A DNA stretch of 64,000 nucleotides from Lama guanicoe (GCA_013239625.1 MU054001.1:4814167-4878166); one strand, 5' to 3'. Positions 24,628-40,545 are shown, counted from the first letter of the stretch. Program-made: numbers and translations. The notes: a model not told the origin generated them from the sequence alone.

Positions 24628-27600
24628 ACATAGATCATCATTGAGGGAAGCTGGGGCCTAGGATGCTGGGGGTCCCGGGATCATCCCTTGTCCCTAATTA
24701 CAAGCACCGCGATTGCTGCCTGGCCTCTGGGGAAGGAGTCTTCCTCAGACCCCGTTTCCTCCTTTGCCCCATGTCCACCCCAGCCCAAACATCATCCCCC
24801 GCTTCCCCCTCAGCTTGCCTTGGTTCATTTCCTGTGGTATTTAATGACAAATCAATAGCTTGACAGCCTGATCTGGCTGCCCAAATATTATTAGTGGCCC
24901 TCTCCTCTTCTGCCAAAAGGTCTTTGTTCCTCACAGAGAACAAAGGACAGAGCCCCCGATCGGCCCATGTTTCTAGTTCCTGTTTGGCATCTGTTGCTGT
25001 TGCTTATTTCCTGGGGTGGTATCAGAGGGGTCCTCTCCTGGGGTCCTCCTCTGGCCTCCTCTATTGCCTGCGAGAAAGCAGGACCCTCTGCTTCTCCTCT
25101 TCCTTCTCTCCATGTGCCCTGTGTGTGTCTGAGCCTGGCATCTGGCCCTCAGGAGCCTTTACTTGAGGTGATCTTTGGGCTCAGCCCCCTCGTGCTGTGG
25201 AATTGAAGTCTGGTGAAGTTCATTACCCGAGCTGGTCACAGAGGATTTCATCGTGACCAGGCAGCCTGTGCACCCCACTGCACGCCTTCCCCCAGCAGAA
25301 ATGCTATCGCAGGGACAACGCTGCAGCCTGGGGCCAGCCCCTGCTGTCCCTGTGGGCTCTGTCTCCTCCCACCCCCTAAGGAAAGTCCCCAGCCCTCATG
25401 TCACCTGGGGCTGGCAGCAGCAAGGGGATCTGCCCAGGGCAAACATGGAAACGTGGAAGGAAGATGGGAGTCTGTCTGCCCTCCTTCTTACCCGAAGTTT
25501 TTGGATGATCAAGGAGAAGAGGATGGCTTGCTGGGTCCCAGGTCTCAAGTTTTTGACATTTTTTGTATTATATAAAGCCAGAGGGGGCTGCCTGTGGTGA
25601 ATACCCCCCGACCCGACTCTACCACATCCCTGGTGGGGACCCTGCCCACAAAGCTTCCTTTCCTCTTCCATTATTGAGGGCGACCCTCTGTGCCTGCGCT
25701 CCTGGACCAGGTCACCTTGTGAGGATTCAGATATGAGGTTCCTGAAGGCAAGAACAGGTCTGACAAGCCATCAATCCTGTGAGTTTGGAGGGGACCACTG
25801 GTGTCTGATCACTGGCATTACCAGCATCCCCACCCCATTCCATTCCATGTTCCAAGTATTGTACTAAGTGCTTTACACAGATCATTTGTTCTCTGTTTCT
25901 TGAGCACCTACTATATGCAGGTAACCCTCATGGAGCTTACATTATTCTTTCTGTGTGTGTGTTGAGTATATGTGTGAAAACGAAAGTCAGCGTGTTAAAT
26001 AATCAACTCTATACTATGCCAGATGTTGGTAAACACTGTCAAGGATGTTCCAGGTGGGTGTGTGCTAGAGAGGGTTGGGGGTGTGCTGTTTTAGCCAGGG
26101 GTGTCTGGGAAGGCCTCTTGGAGGAGGCATCCTTGAACAGACCCCTGAGCAAAGTGAGGGCAGGGGGAGGAGAAGGTAGTCTGACAGAAGAGTGTTTCAG
26201 ACAGGGCGGACGTCCTGTGCCAGAAGATGCCAGCTTGGCCGCCTTCCAAAAACCCTGTGATGAGTCTTCCCATTTTCTAGCAGAAGCAGCTGACGCTCAG
26301 AGAGGTTGAAGAACTTAGCCAAGCACACACAGCGAGTGACGGAAGGGGATTCAAACCCAAGTGCTTCTGGTTCTAACTTTTGTGTCTTTAACTGCTGCTT
26401 CCTGAATGGGGGTGGCTAATTATATCCCCATCGACACAGCAACAGTCACTGGTTCCCTCCTAGAGTGGTATGTGCAGGAATGACATAGCCCCCGTGTGGG
26501 ATCCCTGTGTAGAGAAGGGCCCGGCAGGGCCCACAGCGATGGCAGGAGCAGGTCATGCTCAGTGCATCAGAGCCCAAGAACAATGCCCTGTCCCCTTCCC
26601 ACCGCAGCCTGCCGCCCCTCCCTCCCAGGCAGCAAATTACGGCCTCCGAGTGTGTGCCCAGGCCTGCCTTTGACATCAGTGGGGCCCACCTGAGCTTCAC
26701 CTTCAGGATTCTGATAATCAGCTCTCTCTCCTCCTGGCTTCCCCCAAGACCTGTATGGAAATAAGTATGTGTCTGCCAGGGATCAAATGCTTTTGGAGAC
26801 AAAAGTCGGTACCGAGGACATTACAGGGAGCTATCATCTCGGCACGATGCTCTTCCACAAAGCCCTCTGCTCCTCTTTTGGGCTGACACAGTTTCAGCCT
26901 GAAAGGTTCCAGCAGGCTGACTTGGTTTTAAGCAAAAGCACATCCTATTATTTTTTTGAGAAATGAAGTGTAAAATTAACACTTATTATTCCTGAGCAGA
27001 GGAAAAAAAATAAAAGAGCGAGAGGGACTCTGAGATTTTCGTGCTTGCTGGGTTGTGTGTTTGGCAGTTTGGGTTTTCATTTATTTTTATATTTTAAAAA
27101 AAATCATAATAAATCAATAGATTCCCCGTGCCAGCCCCCGACGTAGGGAGACTCGGAGGCAAGATCTGGCGCAGTGAGCAGGCGAAATCTGCATTTCACT
27201 TTACAAATGAGCGGGGCTGCAGTATTCACTTGAGTTGCGTGGGTTTCTCTTATGGATGCCTGTCGTGTGCTATGAGAAAAAAAAAAAAAGAATAAAAAGG
27301 AGAGGAAACAACCGTGTGTCCTCACTCACAAAGTCCTCCAGCCCCGCGCTGGGGTGGAGGGGCCCGCGCGCTCCCAGACAGCTTTGTCATTCTGCTCCGA
27401 GGTGTCGCCGAGCCTGTGTGATCTTACATAATTCAGGAAAGTTATTCTCCGAGGGTGCTGCTATCTGCGGACTCTGCAGCTTGGGACGGAATGAGAGGCT
27501 GTCGGCACCGGCGGGGTGAGAGCGATGGTGGCAGCAAGTGCTCTCTGTGACCACGGGCTCGCTGGTATTGGGTCACAGGCACTCAAAGGAGTGTTTGCAC

Positions 27601-29695
27601 ATAAACTGGGGCAGCCCCTCCCTGGCCCTCCCCACCGCTTTCCTAGATGGTTTTATAGACAGAGGTACACATCATGGACACCCCAGGGAGCACCTCCAAC
27701 CCCCTCTGGTGGGGAGAGGGCCTCGTCCTTCCTCTGGGAGAAGATTTGCTAATCAGGAGATCTGGCCTGGAGTGGGAGAGATGCCCAGGTCTGGAGAAAG
27801 CCCTCAGGCTTTCTTATTTTTCACCCACTTTTACTTTTTGCTTGTTTTATTTTCCCTCATTTGTCTCCCAGGTGGGACTCTTTTAACACTTCGGAGGCAG
27901 GGGGAGCGAGGGAAGGGACCAGTTCACGTAGTTGTCTATCTCTTGATCTCGTTATCCTGGAAGCTCACGTCGACACCGGTCTGGGGCTGTGCTTTGCTTA
28001 AATGACAGCTGTTTAGGCCCGGGAACCGGCTTGCAGCTCCAGGGCTGCCTGACTGTGCACATATTTATGAACGTGGGTGCAGGGTGTAGCTGCGTCAGTG
28101 AATCAGGGGGGAACGGCTGATGAATTGCCCAGCGCGCAGAGAACGGAAAGTGACTGTCAGACCTGATTTCTCTGATTTATAAGTTGCAGGAGCCTTCTTT
28201 GTCCTCTTGGTGTTTGTGTATCAGATGGGCACGTCTCCATTCACAGCCAAGTGGATAAAGGCCCCCACTCGGCAGAGAGCAGTAAATCCTCCTTTGCCAT
28301 CTCCTCCCAGGGAACCTGCCTGCTCTGGCGGGGCAGGGGGAGAGAGCCCAGCCAGGGCATCTTTCCTCCGTGAGTATTTCCTGAGCCCCTCCTGTGGGGC
28401 CAGGTGGAGCCTTATACTTTGGGGACCACAGGAGAAGACGTTATCTGCACCCTTAGCCTGGTTGCCAGGTTCAGGAAGACTCAGAGGATATGGTTAGATG
28501 AGCCCAGAGTCACAGCCCAGCCAGGGCAGCCATGCGGGCTGGCATAAATAGTCAGGGAGGCTACCTGGAGGTGGTGTGCAGGTGGGATCCAGAAGAAAAG
28601 GGAGGGCTTTGTAGCCTGTTCAGAGTACCACCCCCAACTGGCTGTGTGACCTTAGCAAGTGGTCTAATTCTCTGAACCCATTTTTTCTTTCCTAAAGATG
28701 TGGTTTTCCCAGCAAGCAGGGTTAATGCCGAGATTCAATTTGTTATGAACTTGACTATAATAGAAACCTCTGTAGTCCTCATTTTCACATACCCTCTGCC
28801 TCATTGATGTACAGGAGATGTCCACATTCTAACAAGGAGGCCTTATGTATGGGTGGTACCGCTCTCATTCATTCATTCAGTCATTCGCTCACCCATCCCT
28901 TACTCGGTGCCAGGCACTGAGAAGCATTGTTTGCACAGGGACGGGGGCAGGGGGTGTGTTCGGGGGGCTTCTGAGGCAGTCCCCCACACTGGAGGCCATC
29001 TCTAATTATGATGAGCGCCTCCCTGAGGGAAGTGGAGGACATGCGTGGGGCCTGTGCGGCGAGCGTGCTGAGCCTGCCCTGTGTCCCCAAACTTGTCAAT
29101 GAATTCCTTTTCCACCGGTATAAATGGAAGCTCTGCTCGAGTCTCTGTCGGGTGCGTGTGGCCTAGTTGTCGGGGCTCCAGGGGCATGACGAGCACCCGG
29201 TAGATTCCAGCCAGTGGGCTATGTGGGGCAGGCCCACCTGCACACGCACGTGTGCGCCTCTGCAGTGGGCTGCCTGGGGGGAGGTGGGGGGGCTGGGCCA
29301 AGGGGGATGCCGGCTGTCCCTGCCAGCCCCTGCCAGGGCCTGGGGACCCAGGGACTCGCCAGGAGCCTCAGCCCATCTGTGTTCGTGTTTTGCCACTGGC
29401 AGAGCCCCTCTGCTACCTAATTTTTGCCTTTGAGGGCAAATCAGAGCACCTGGCACCTTTGGTGAGGCTGGTTCCCTGGGGGAGCCAGAGGGGGGGCCTG
29501 TGTCCTTGGCTGTCCCAGATAATACTCTCACCGATACCGGCATGCTTGGCAACAAACACTTACGGAGTGCTTGCTATGTGCCAGGGGCTGGTCAAAAATC
29601 CCTTTTTGTGTATTAAATGGGTATTAACTCATTGAATTCTCACATTAACTATAAGAGGAAGGCTATTTTGGTTGGGGGGGTGGAGGGAGTTGATC

Positions 29696-30569
29696 TTTTT
29701 TTAAAAGGCTTTTTTAAAGAGCAGTTTTAGGTTTACGATAAAGTAGTGGAAGATACAGATTTTCCTTATATCCTCTGCCCCACATATGCCCCTTCCTCCC
29801 CATTATCAACATCACTCACCAGAATGGTACTTTTTTTTTTGCAGAGATGAACCTAAAAAAGCATCATAATCACCCAAAGTCCATAATTTTCCTTGGGGTT
29901 GGCTCTTGGTGTCGTACATGCTGTAGGTTTGGGCAAATGTGTAATGACATGTACCCATCCTCGAAATATCATACAGAGTATTTGCACTGCCCTAAAAGTC
30001 CTCTGTGCTCTGCCTATTCATTGCCTGCCCCCTCCCTCCCACCCCCTGTAACTACTGATCTTTTTATTATCCGCATAGTTTTTCCAGACTAGTTGGAATC
30101 TTACACTCTGTAGCATTTTCAGATTGACTTCTTTCACTTAGTAATACGCATTTAAGGTTCCTCCATATCTTTCCATGGCTTGTTAGCTCATTTCTTTTTG
30201 GCGCTGAATAATATTCATGGTCTGGATGTATCACAGTTTATGTAACCACTCACCTACTGAAAGATGTCTTGGTTGCTTCCAAGGTTTGGCAATCTTTAAT
30301 AAAGCTAATATAAACATCCAGGTACAAGTTTCTGTGTGCACATAAGTTTTCAGCTCCTTTGGGTAAATAACAAGCAGTGAGATTACTAGATCATAGCGTA
30401 AAAGTATGTTTAGTTTCGTAAGAAGCTGCCAAACTGTCTTCCAAAATGGTGGTACCATTTTGCATTCTCACCAGCAGTGAGTGACAGTTCCCGTTGCTCC
30501 ACATCCTCTCCAGCATTTGGTGTTGTCAGTGTTCTGGAGTTTGGCCCTTCTCCTGGGTGTGTAGTGGTA
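29696..30569 (-). mobile_element. L1MC-like LINE-1 3' region inserted into a MIR
   Basis: ~870 nt of continuous antisense L1 3' UTR/ORF2 end (gagcagttttaggtttac...cacccaaagtccata...ccattttgcattctcaccagcagtga); MIR halves lie at ~29545-29670 and ~30575-30670. Confidence 0.9.
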
Positions 30570-31329
30570 AGGAAAGCTGTTATTGAGTATTTTAGAAAAG
30601 AGGAAACTGAGACACAGATTACAAAACTTGCCCAAGATCCTGCAGGGAGTGGCAGAGCCAGGTTCCCACCCTGGATGATGGGACACTCAAGCTGGGGCAA
30701 TTCCCTGTCACCTCCCACTGACCCGTGGGCCACACCGATCACATGTACGACCCCTTTCATCCTCTCACAGCCCTGTGAGGCAGGGACTCAGGTGGCCCTC
30801 AGTTACTGAGAACAAACTGATGCCCAGGCCACATGGCCGGAGACATGGATCCAGGAGCCAGGATCTGAACTCTGCCCTGCTGATTCCGGGCAGGGGCGCC
30901 AGACCTTGACTCTGCAGGTGCTCGGGGCAAACTCTCTTCCTGGGGCCCCTTTGAGTGAAGGTTTGGGGTCATAGTAGCTCCCTGGTGGGGAGATGGACCC
31001 GTGATCTGGAAGCAGCACAGGGTGTCTGCCCATTGTCCATGAGTGCTGGGTAAGCCATCTGTTTCAAAATTTTAAAAAGAAGACTTTATGATTTTTTGCC
31101 ATATCTTCCAGTGGCTGCCTATCTCTCTTAGACTAAAATCCCCAAGCCCTCCAGTGGCAAGGCTCTTTGTGATGTGCATCCCAGTGTCCCCACTGTCCCA
31201 CACTGTCCCAGGCCCCTGAGCGTGTGGTATTGCACATCCCCCAAGCCACTACCATCTAGCTGGCCCTGCACATGTCCACTTCAGGGCTTTGCCTTCCATT
31301 CTCACCTCCAGAGCTCCCCGTGTTCCCTT

Positions 31330-31480
31330 GTCATCTCCTGACACTGAGTCCTGTGTTGATCATCTTTATTATCTGTCTCTTCCACCACTAGGATGCGGGC
31401 AAGTACATTTTCTGCTTAACTCCCTGCAGAATCCCAGCTCAAAGTGCCTGGCACACAGTACATGCTCAATAAAATAGTCT
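31330..31480 (+). mobile_element. L2 3' end fragment
   Basis: ...agtgcctggcacacagtacatgctcaataaaata. Confidence 0.6.
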
Positions 31481-31830
31481 ATTGGATTTTTTTAAAAATT
31501 CTGGTTGGACTCCCTTCTCCGTGACAACCCCATCCTGGGCCCCTCTCCACTGTGACATGGTCTAGAGTCGAGCTGTAGATCCTGGCCTGCATACCTGGTT
31601 GTTAGAACATCAGGAAAAAAAAAATCACAGCAAATGACACCTTCAAGAGCCAGATATTTGAGGCCTGCCCTCTGGGGTCCATAAGCCTCCAGGGGCTGGA
31701 CCATCTGGAGCTGGGATTGGCCTTGGCATCCATGGCCGCCTCCCCAGCCCTGGTACCAGGGATCAGGGAGGGGCTGGCCTGGGGAGCACTGGGGGCACGT
31801 GGGCTCCTGCCCGGAGGACGGGGTCCCTGA

Positions 31831-33893
<2,063 letters not shown>

Positions 33894-34804
33894 TGAGCCT
33901 GGAGCCAGTGGCTGCCCTCCTGGCTGGCTGGCGTGGGCTGAGGCCTCTGGCCTCACCGGCCCAGTGCTCTCAAGAAAGCCAGACTGTAGCAACCGAGCCT
34001 GGAGCCAGAGTCAGAAGGCTTACATTTGTCCTGTTTCTGTGTCAAGTCCCTTCCCCTTGGGGATTCCGTTTCCCTGCCTGTATTACGTGATGGTTTTCTA
34101 CTGAACTTTGGAGCTACAGCTGGTGGCCCGTGTGGCTTGTGTGGCTGAGTCCTGGGGTGGTGTGTGGCTGGAAGCTGGGTCTAGCATCTTGGAACCTCCC
34201 ATGTGCCCAGGAAAGCCAGAAAAATGAGAGCAGTGGCTGCTAGGTTGGGACCTAACTCAGGGCAAGGGATGCCAGCCAGGGGTCCTGAGGCTGATGTGGC
34301 CCTCAGGTGGAGTACCACGGCCCCCACAGCTTCCTCAGACCCCCATCCGGGGCCTGCAGTGGCTGGGGCATCCTGGGGAAGGGAAGCTGCTGTGGTGGGC
34401 CTCTCTGGGCACCTGCAGCCACTCGCCTCAGTGTCACATGAGGCCTCTCCATGCCTGTTAACTTGTGTTTGAGGACCAAGATCTGTGTCCAGGTGAAATC
34501 ACCTTTTTACCTACCAGTTTTTGCAAGAAACTTTTGTACGCTGGAGAAGTAACAAACCCTCCCAGACATGCTGCACACAAACAGAAAAATCACATATACG
34601 CTGTCCAATGGCATCACATATACACTCTCATGCATACAAACAGAAACATCATTTTCAAAGAGTAACACCACACACACGCACACACACACAGCATAACAGC
34701 ACATCCCAAAAGAAGGCATCCTCAGGCTTCCACAGAAATACCACGCGTACGCAGACAGTCCGAAATAGCGCATCTTGAGAGTAATACCGTTTGTGGTTGA
34801 GGTG

Positions 34805-35150
34805 CAGATTAGGTTTTGCTGCAGTAACAAACATCCCCTAGATCGCTGTCTTCAAATAACAGAAACTTACTTGTTGCTCAGGTTACATATCCAGGCATAT
34901 GACAGGGGAGGGACTCTGCTCAGGACAGTCACTCTGTGACCTGGGCCTGTGGCAGATCCACCTCCTTTCATGTTTGCATGGTCCTCAAGGTTGGAGAAGA
35001 GGTGGTGACCACAGACCAGCTCTCAAAGCTTGACCCGAAGAAATAACCCACTTCTCACTCCCACATCATCTTGGCCAGAGCCTGTCAAGTGGCTGTGCCC
35101 AATTTCAAAGGGGTGAGGAGGGGAACCCGCCCCCGTGCCTGGGAGGAGAG
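34805..35150. mobile_element. MLT1-type (ERVL-MaLR) solo LTR remnant
   Basis: ttaggttttgctgcagtaacaaaca...tcactctgtgacctgggcctg...ttggccagagcctgtcaagtggctgtgcccaatttcaaaggg. Confidence 0.65.
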
Positions 35151-37084
35151 GAGACCTGGCTTCATCATGCCCCCAGGGACTAGCGCACAGCATCGCCCAC
35201 AGGTGTATCTGCCCACCCTGTGCACCCTGCCCACACCGCCCTGCTGGGGCTGATGCTGCACTCAGCACTTGCAACCCCTCGGAGAAGAGGCTGCGGCCAC
35301 AGCAGAGTTGTAATGTCCCTGGAGGGCAGCAGTGGTGGCCTCTTCGGGGCTGAAGGGGCGCAGCCATGCCTGTTGTAGGGCAGTCCGCCTCATTATGCTG
35401 CAGCCCGTCCGCTCAGCCAGGCCTGGACCCAGCCCGTCAGCACGGCTGGTGACAGTGGCCACCTGGAGGAAATGAAAACAAGCTCACAAAGGGCACAGGA
35501 GTGATTCACCATCTGACAGGGTCCCATAATCACGGGCTGACCCCATGCTAGGGCCGGGCAGGCAAAGCTGGGAAGCCTGTTTCTTTCCACCCTTTGGGCA
35601 GCCCCTCTGAGTTCCTCTAAGTCCTTGTGTCACTCACATAGCCTTCATCCCATCACAGCGTGGGACAGAGCCAGGCCCAGAGAGGGGGTTCTGCTTCCAG
35701 ATGACCACCAGCAAGGTAGTGACCCCCTCCAGGGCCCACTGCTGTCTCCCCATTGCTCCACGAACTGAATGTGCACCTCTGTACTGAGGCCTGTAGGGGA
35801 CAGCTAGCTGCCCCCGCTCTTATTTGACTCAGGAGGCTGGTGCCAGCCCTGATCGGCGTCCATCCAGGAAAACTTGCTCATGCATAAGCCATGCATCTTT
35901 CCTCCTAAGTGCAGTCTGTGCACACCTCACCCTACCTCCACCTACCTTACCTGCCTGGCCCAGCTACCAAAATAGGCCCCAGGCCCCCAGACAATGGAAG
36001 CTGTTTATAGCCTAACACACAAGCCTCTTTTACACACACTAGCTCGTATAAACTAGGATTTACTTAAGCTTGGGACTTGCTCAGCCCTCTGGTCCCCCTG
36101 CATTGTCCAAGACACCAGGAGAGGGATGACTGCTCTCCTCCTCACTGGCTTTGAGGTTTTCCCAGAGAAATTTCCCATCCTACCTTTTTCCAGCTTCGTT
36201 GGCATCCCTGTGCTGGAGGCTCACCTTGTGATGCAAGGGTTTAGGGAGCTGCGGTTTCAAACTGGATCTCTTTTCAACTCCACCCACCTGGGGCTGCAGA
36301 CGTCCCAGACACCAGAGTGGTTTGCGTGAGCTGGTGGTTCCCTGGGTCACCCCGCCAACCTTTAAGGCAGATCCTGAAATGCCGAGAACCTCACTAAATT
36401 ATAGTCTTCATGAGTCACTATTTTCTGCAATTAATGATTTTAATTACAGACCATTTAAATGTGGCAGTGTTGTCGCAATGCCAAATCTATGCAAATAATG
36501 GCTTTCGTTAAGTAACTTGAAGAGCAATTTTCTGGTTTTTCTGAGGGGAGGTTTATTCAGGCAATGAAAATTTCATCATCATTACGCTGAACCTGGGGCT
36601 GGCCGGCAAGTGGGTTATCCCCCAGGGTAACATGCGGGGGCTTGGGTGGTGCAGCAGGAGACAGAGCCTGGCCCTTGCTGGGGTCTTGACTGGCTCTCCC
36701 GGCTGTGTGTCATGTAGGTCCTGCGGGGAGAATCGGGGAAGCTAACATTTGTGGGCACAAGCGACTCTGGGCTGAGAGGTCTTGAGAAGGAATGAGATTT
36801 AGGATTGTCCTCACTGTAAGACCAGAATTCCTGCTGTGGATATAGAGGTAACAGAAATGGGATCAGGCTCTGGCAGGCTTGGTCTGGTCTGAGTGATGGG
36901 TCTGCCTCCAAAGGGAATGTTCTCTTAGGATGCATTAATAAGAGCACAGTTGCCAGACAGAGGGAGGTGCTGTTTAACTCTGAGTTCAGCTGGTTCTGCC
37001 CAAAGACTGAGATTAATTTAAAGGACTTAGGACAAACCAAGATGCATTTGAACAGGTGTGTGAGAAAGGACACAATGTTGCTAT

Positions 37085-37610
37085 TCATTTGTTTAAAGCA
37101 TGTATACGGAGGGCCCATTTTGTACAGGCACTGGATCCAGGACCTGACAAGACAGTGGTGAATGAGGCAAAGAAACACCCAAGGGCCTGCATTCAGGAGG
37201 GATTGATAGACAGTTTTTTCCAATAGTGGTCAATGACATGAAGAGAATAAAACCAGTTCATAGGCTAGAGCATAATAGGGGGCAAGATTGGTTACACCTT
37301 GGTGAGTATGGTCAGGGAGGGCCTCTCTGAGGAGGTGGCATTTGAGCTGATGCCTAGAAGGTAAGAGGGAAAGAGTGTGTGAAAGAGAGTCATGAGTGCA
37401 AAGGCCCTGTGGCCAGTGTGAGCTAGGTGTGTTGCTGGAACAACAGGAGGAGACATGTGGCTGAAGCAATGAGTTGGGGGAGGGTGTGAAGGGGGCTGGT
37501 GCATGGAGCCCAGGTCATGACAGGGTTTGTAGGACAGCAAAGGCATTTGAGTTTTATCCCCATTGTGATGGGAAAACAAGCAGGGAACAAGCAGGATGAT
37601 TTACATCCTG
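37085..37610 (-). mobile_element. L2 LINE fragment
   Basis: gtcagggagggcctctctgaggaggtggcatttgagctga...tgcaaaggccctgtggc...ttgagttttatcc. Confidence 0.8.
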
Positions 37611-37629
37611 AACCAACATTTACGTTTAG

Positions 37630-38460
37630 TCTTTGAGACACACTATTAAGAGAACTGAAAAGTCACAGGCTGGGAGAAAATATTTGCAAATCATGTATTT
37701 GATAAAGGACTTGTATCTAGAACATATTGAAAAAAAAACTCTCACAACTCCATAAACAAGGGGAAAAATCAACCAAAAAAAAAAAAGAAAGAAAGAAAGA
37801 AAAGAAAAGAAAAGAAACAAGCTAGAAATTTGGACACTTCACCAAAGAAGATCGTACAAATGTTCAATATCGTTAGTAATGTGGAAAGAGCAAATGAAAA
37901 CCACGATGTCACGCACTGTACACTTAGTAGAATAACTAAAATTAAACCCAAAAAACGGCGACACGAGTGCCGGCCAGGGTGTGGAGGGGCAGTTGGAATA
38001 CTCCTACGTTGCTGGGGGAATGCAGAATGGTACAGCCACGTGGCAAAATAGTTTGTGCGTTTCTTACAAAGTTAAACGTTCAGTAAACCTGTGACCTTGC
38101 CATCCTATTGCTGGGTGTTAATCTCAGAAGACTGAAAACATGCTCACACGGAGACCTCTACATGAATGACGTAGTGCTTTATTTATAATGGCCCCAAAAT
38201 GGGAACCGCCACCCCATGGTCCCTTCCCTGGTGGTTGGATAGACAGATGTACATTCATACAGTGGACTCATCCTCAGCAATGAAATGCAGCTACTGCTAT
38301 CCGCAGCGACAGGGGTGAATTGTAAATGCCAAGTCAAAGAAGCCAGAATCAAGTCACTCCATCCTGTGTGATTCTATGTGCATGGCATTCTGGAAAAAGG
38401 CAAAAATACTGGAATAGAAGACAGACCAATATTTGCCAGGGACTGGAGGTGGGGGTGAAG
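37630..38460 (+). mobile_element. Old L1 (L1M) ORF2 end/3' UTR fragment with internal A/(GAAA)n tract
   Basis: ctgggagaaaatatttgcaaatcatgtatttgataaaggacttgtatctag...gggaatgcagaatggtacagccac...agtcaaagaagccaga. Confidence 0.85.
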
Positions 38461-39289
38461 GGGTTGGAGGCGGGGAGAGTTACGGAAGCCTGAGCAAGGT
38501 TCGTCTAAACATACACACGATGCAACACACATGCCCCACTCAGCCCAGGCAGCGTGCTAGGCTGTGGGCATCGAGCCTGGCTTCGAGGAGGTTTTGGGGA
38601 GCTGTTTCACCAGGAGGAGACTTGGATGGATTGCAGTGGGAGTGCGGGACGGTCATCTTCAAGTGTGTCAAGCTCTGTCGGGACCAGGGGATTCTCAGCT
38701 TGCTTCCAGTGGCCCCCAGACTTCTGGTAGTGGGTGGAAACTCAAGATTTTGGTCTCTGATGGTTACGACTTAGGCATCACTCTCTGGAGAGAGCTCTAG
38801 CAAGATGCAAATTAAGTTATAGGGACACAGGCATGGCTTTGGATGCCAAGAGCAGAAAGTGCCATTGAATTTTCAGTGGTCCCGTTCCCAGGAACCAAGT
38901 GCCCTTTATCAATGCAGTGACGCTCTGCCTCTTTCTGCCTTGCATAGTGTTCTCTCTGCAGCTCCTCTGTACGTGGAGGGAGGTGGCTGGTACCGCAGGG
39001 ACTCCTGTCGATTCTGCTGAGACAGACATACCTGCGTATTTTAACCGAGGGGATTTAGTGTGGGGATTTTGTTTCACAAGCAGCCAGAAGGAACACCCAG
39101 CTAGCCCGGAAACGGTGACTGCGGTTAAGAGCCAGTGTGCAGGCAACAGGTTCTAGATCCCCGGAGTGGAAATCTGATGGCTGAGCTCAGGTCAGCTGTC
39201 TGACCCCGCTCCGATGAGCTATGGCCCGAGATGGGGCCACACAATTCAAACCAGCGGGGGAAGGGGAACATGAGACTGGTAGACACTAC

Positions 39290-39735
39290 AGATGTCTACT
39301 ATTTGGGGAAACTGTCTACAAATGGAAGAAATGGAAGGTGGTGAGGTCCCTGTCAGTAGAGGTGTGCAAACAGAGTGCTTGTCTGAAATGCTGCAGAGGG
39401 GGAGGCAGGAAGCACCGTCTTTGTAAGAGTGGCTTTGCATCTGAAGCCTTGCTCCATCATTTATCATCTGCAGGTCTCTTTATCTGTAAAATGGGGGCAT
39501 TAATAGTTCCTACCTCATACTTGTGTTGTAAACCCCTTGGCACAGTGGCTGGCACGTAGGAGGAGCTTGGTGATTACTAACAACTACCTGTTATTATCAT
39601 TTACTATTACCTTATTATTAGCATTATTGTTGTTATTAGTAGTGGTAGTATATTATTAGTATTAGCCATTTGAGGGTCAGATGACTTTTTAGGGTCCCCT
39701 CCACTTGGGGTTTGCTGTGATTTTATGATTTCTGG
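39290..39735 (+). mobile_element. L3/CR1 3' fragment interrupted by a MIR with a (TTA)n-like tail
   Basis: L3-like ggtggtgaggtccctgtcagtagaggtgtgcaaacagag at ~39340; MIR at ~39420-39600; L3 terminus agatgactttttagggtcccctcca...ctgtgattttatgatt at ~39680-39730. Confidence 0.55.
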
Positions 39736-40409
39736 CCTAAGTTGGAATAAAGGGAGACTCTAAATCTCTCCTTCTATAGCACCCAGCTGGATGTCAAGGC
39801 CACGGGCCCCAGAGGTCCACACGGGGACATGGGAGGAGCTGGGTGCAGAGCACTGAGGCAAGGGGGGAAGGGCATGCAGTGGGGGCCGGAGGCAGGGCTT
39901 CTAGTCCCCCTTTCTACATGTTCCCAAGTGCCTTTAGCCCGGGCCTTTTCCCTGGACATTGTTTCCCCAGCTGCGCCCCAGGTTCAGTGGAGGGAGGTAT
40001 GCAGATTTAGTTGGGGATGGGAGACAACGCTGTAAACCCCGGTCTCAACCGGCAGGGCTGTTGGCCTCGCATTTCCAGCCTCGGGCCTCAGCAGATGAAG
40101 GCCTGCGGCCCTGTGGGCCCCTTGCCAGGGGTTAGCTGACCCGAGGGCAGGGGCAGGCTCTGCCGCCCAGCCCAGCTGTCTCTGAATCCCCGTGGACACC
40201 TCTGTACCCACAGACAACGGCAGGGACAGCTCTTCCTTCTCCCCTTCCTGAGAGCCCGGCCGCAGCCCCATTCTTCATTGTCACTGAGGGAATGCAGGGG
40301 CAGTAGGGGGATCGGGGCGCCGATTCCCAGACACTCAAGGTGGACCCCCCCCACCCCGAAACTAGACAGGAAGTCGTAACAGCCGCCACCCTGGGTGGAT
40401 CCCGTGTGA

Positions 40410-40545
40410 GCCTTTTCTCAGCATTTTGCGTGGATTGTCTCAACACAGTCCTGGGGAGTAGGCACTCTTATCCCCATTTAGAGATGTGGAAACTGAGACT
40501 CAGAGAGGTTAAGTGATTTGCCCAGGGTCCCTAGCAGATGTCAGA
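40410..40545 (-). mobile_element. MIR core
   Basis: tatccccatttagagatgtggaaactgagactcagagaggttaagtgatttgcccagggtc. Confidence 0.85.

Noticed and set aside
30231..30760. ORFs resembling reverse-transcriptase protein C-termini
   Set aside because: Degenerate L1 ORF2 remnants with frameshifts, not host genes.
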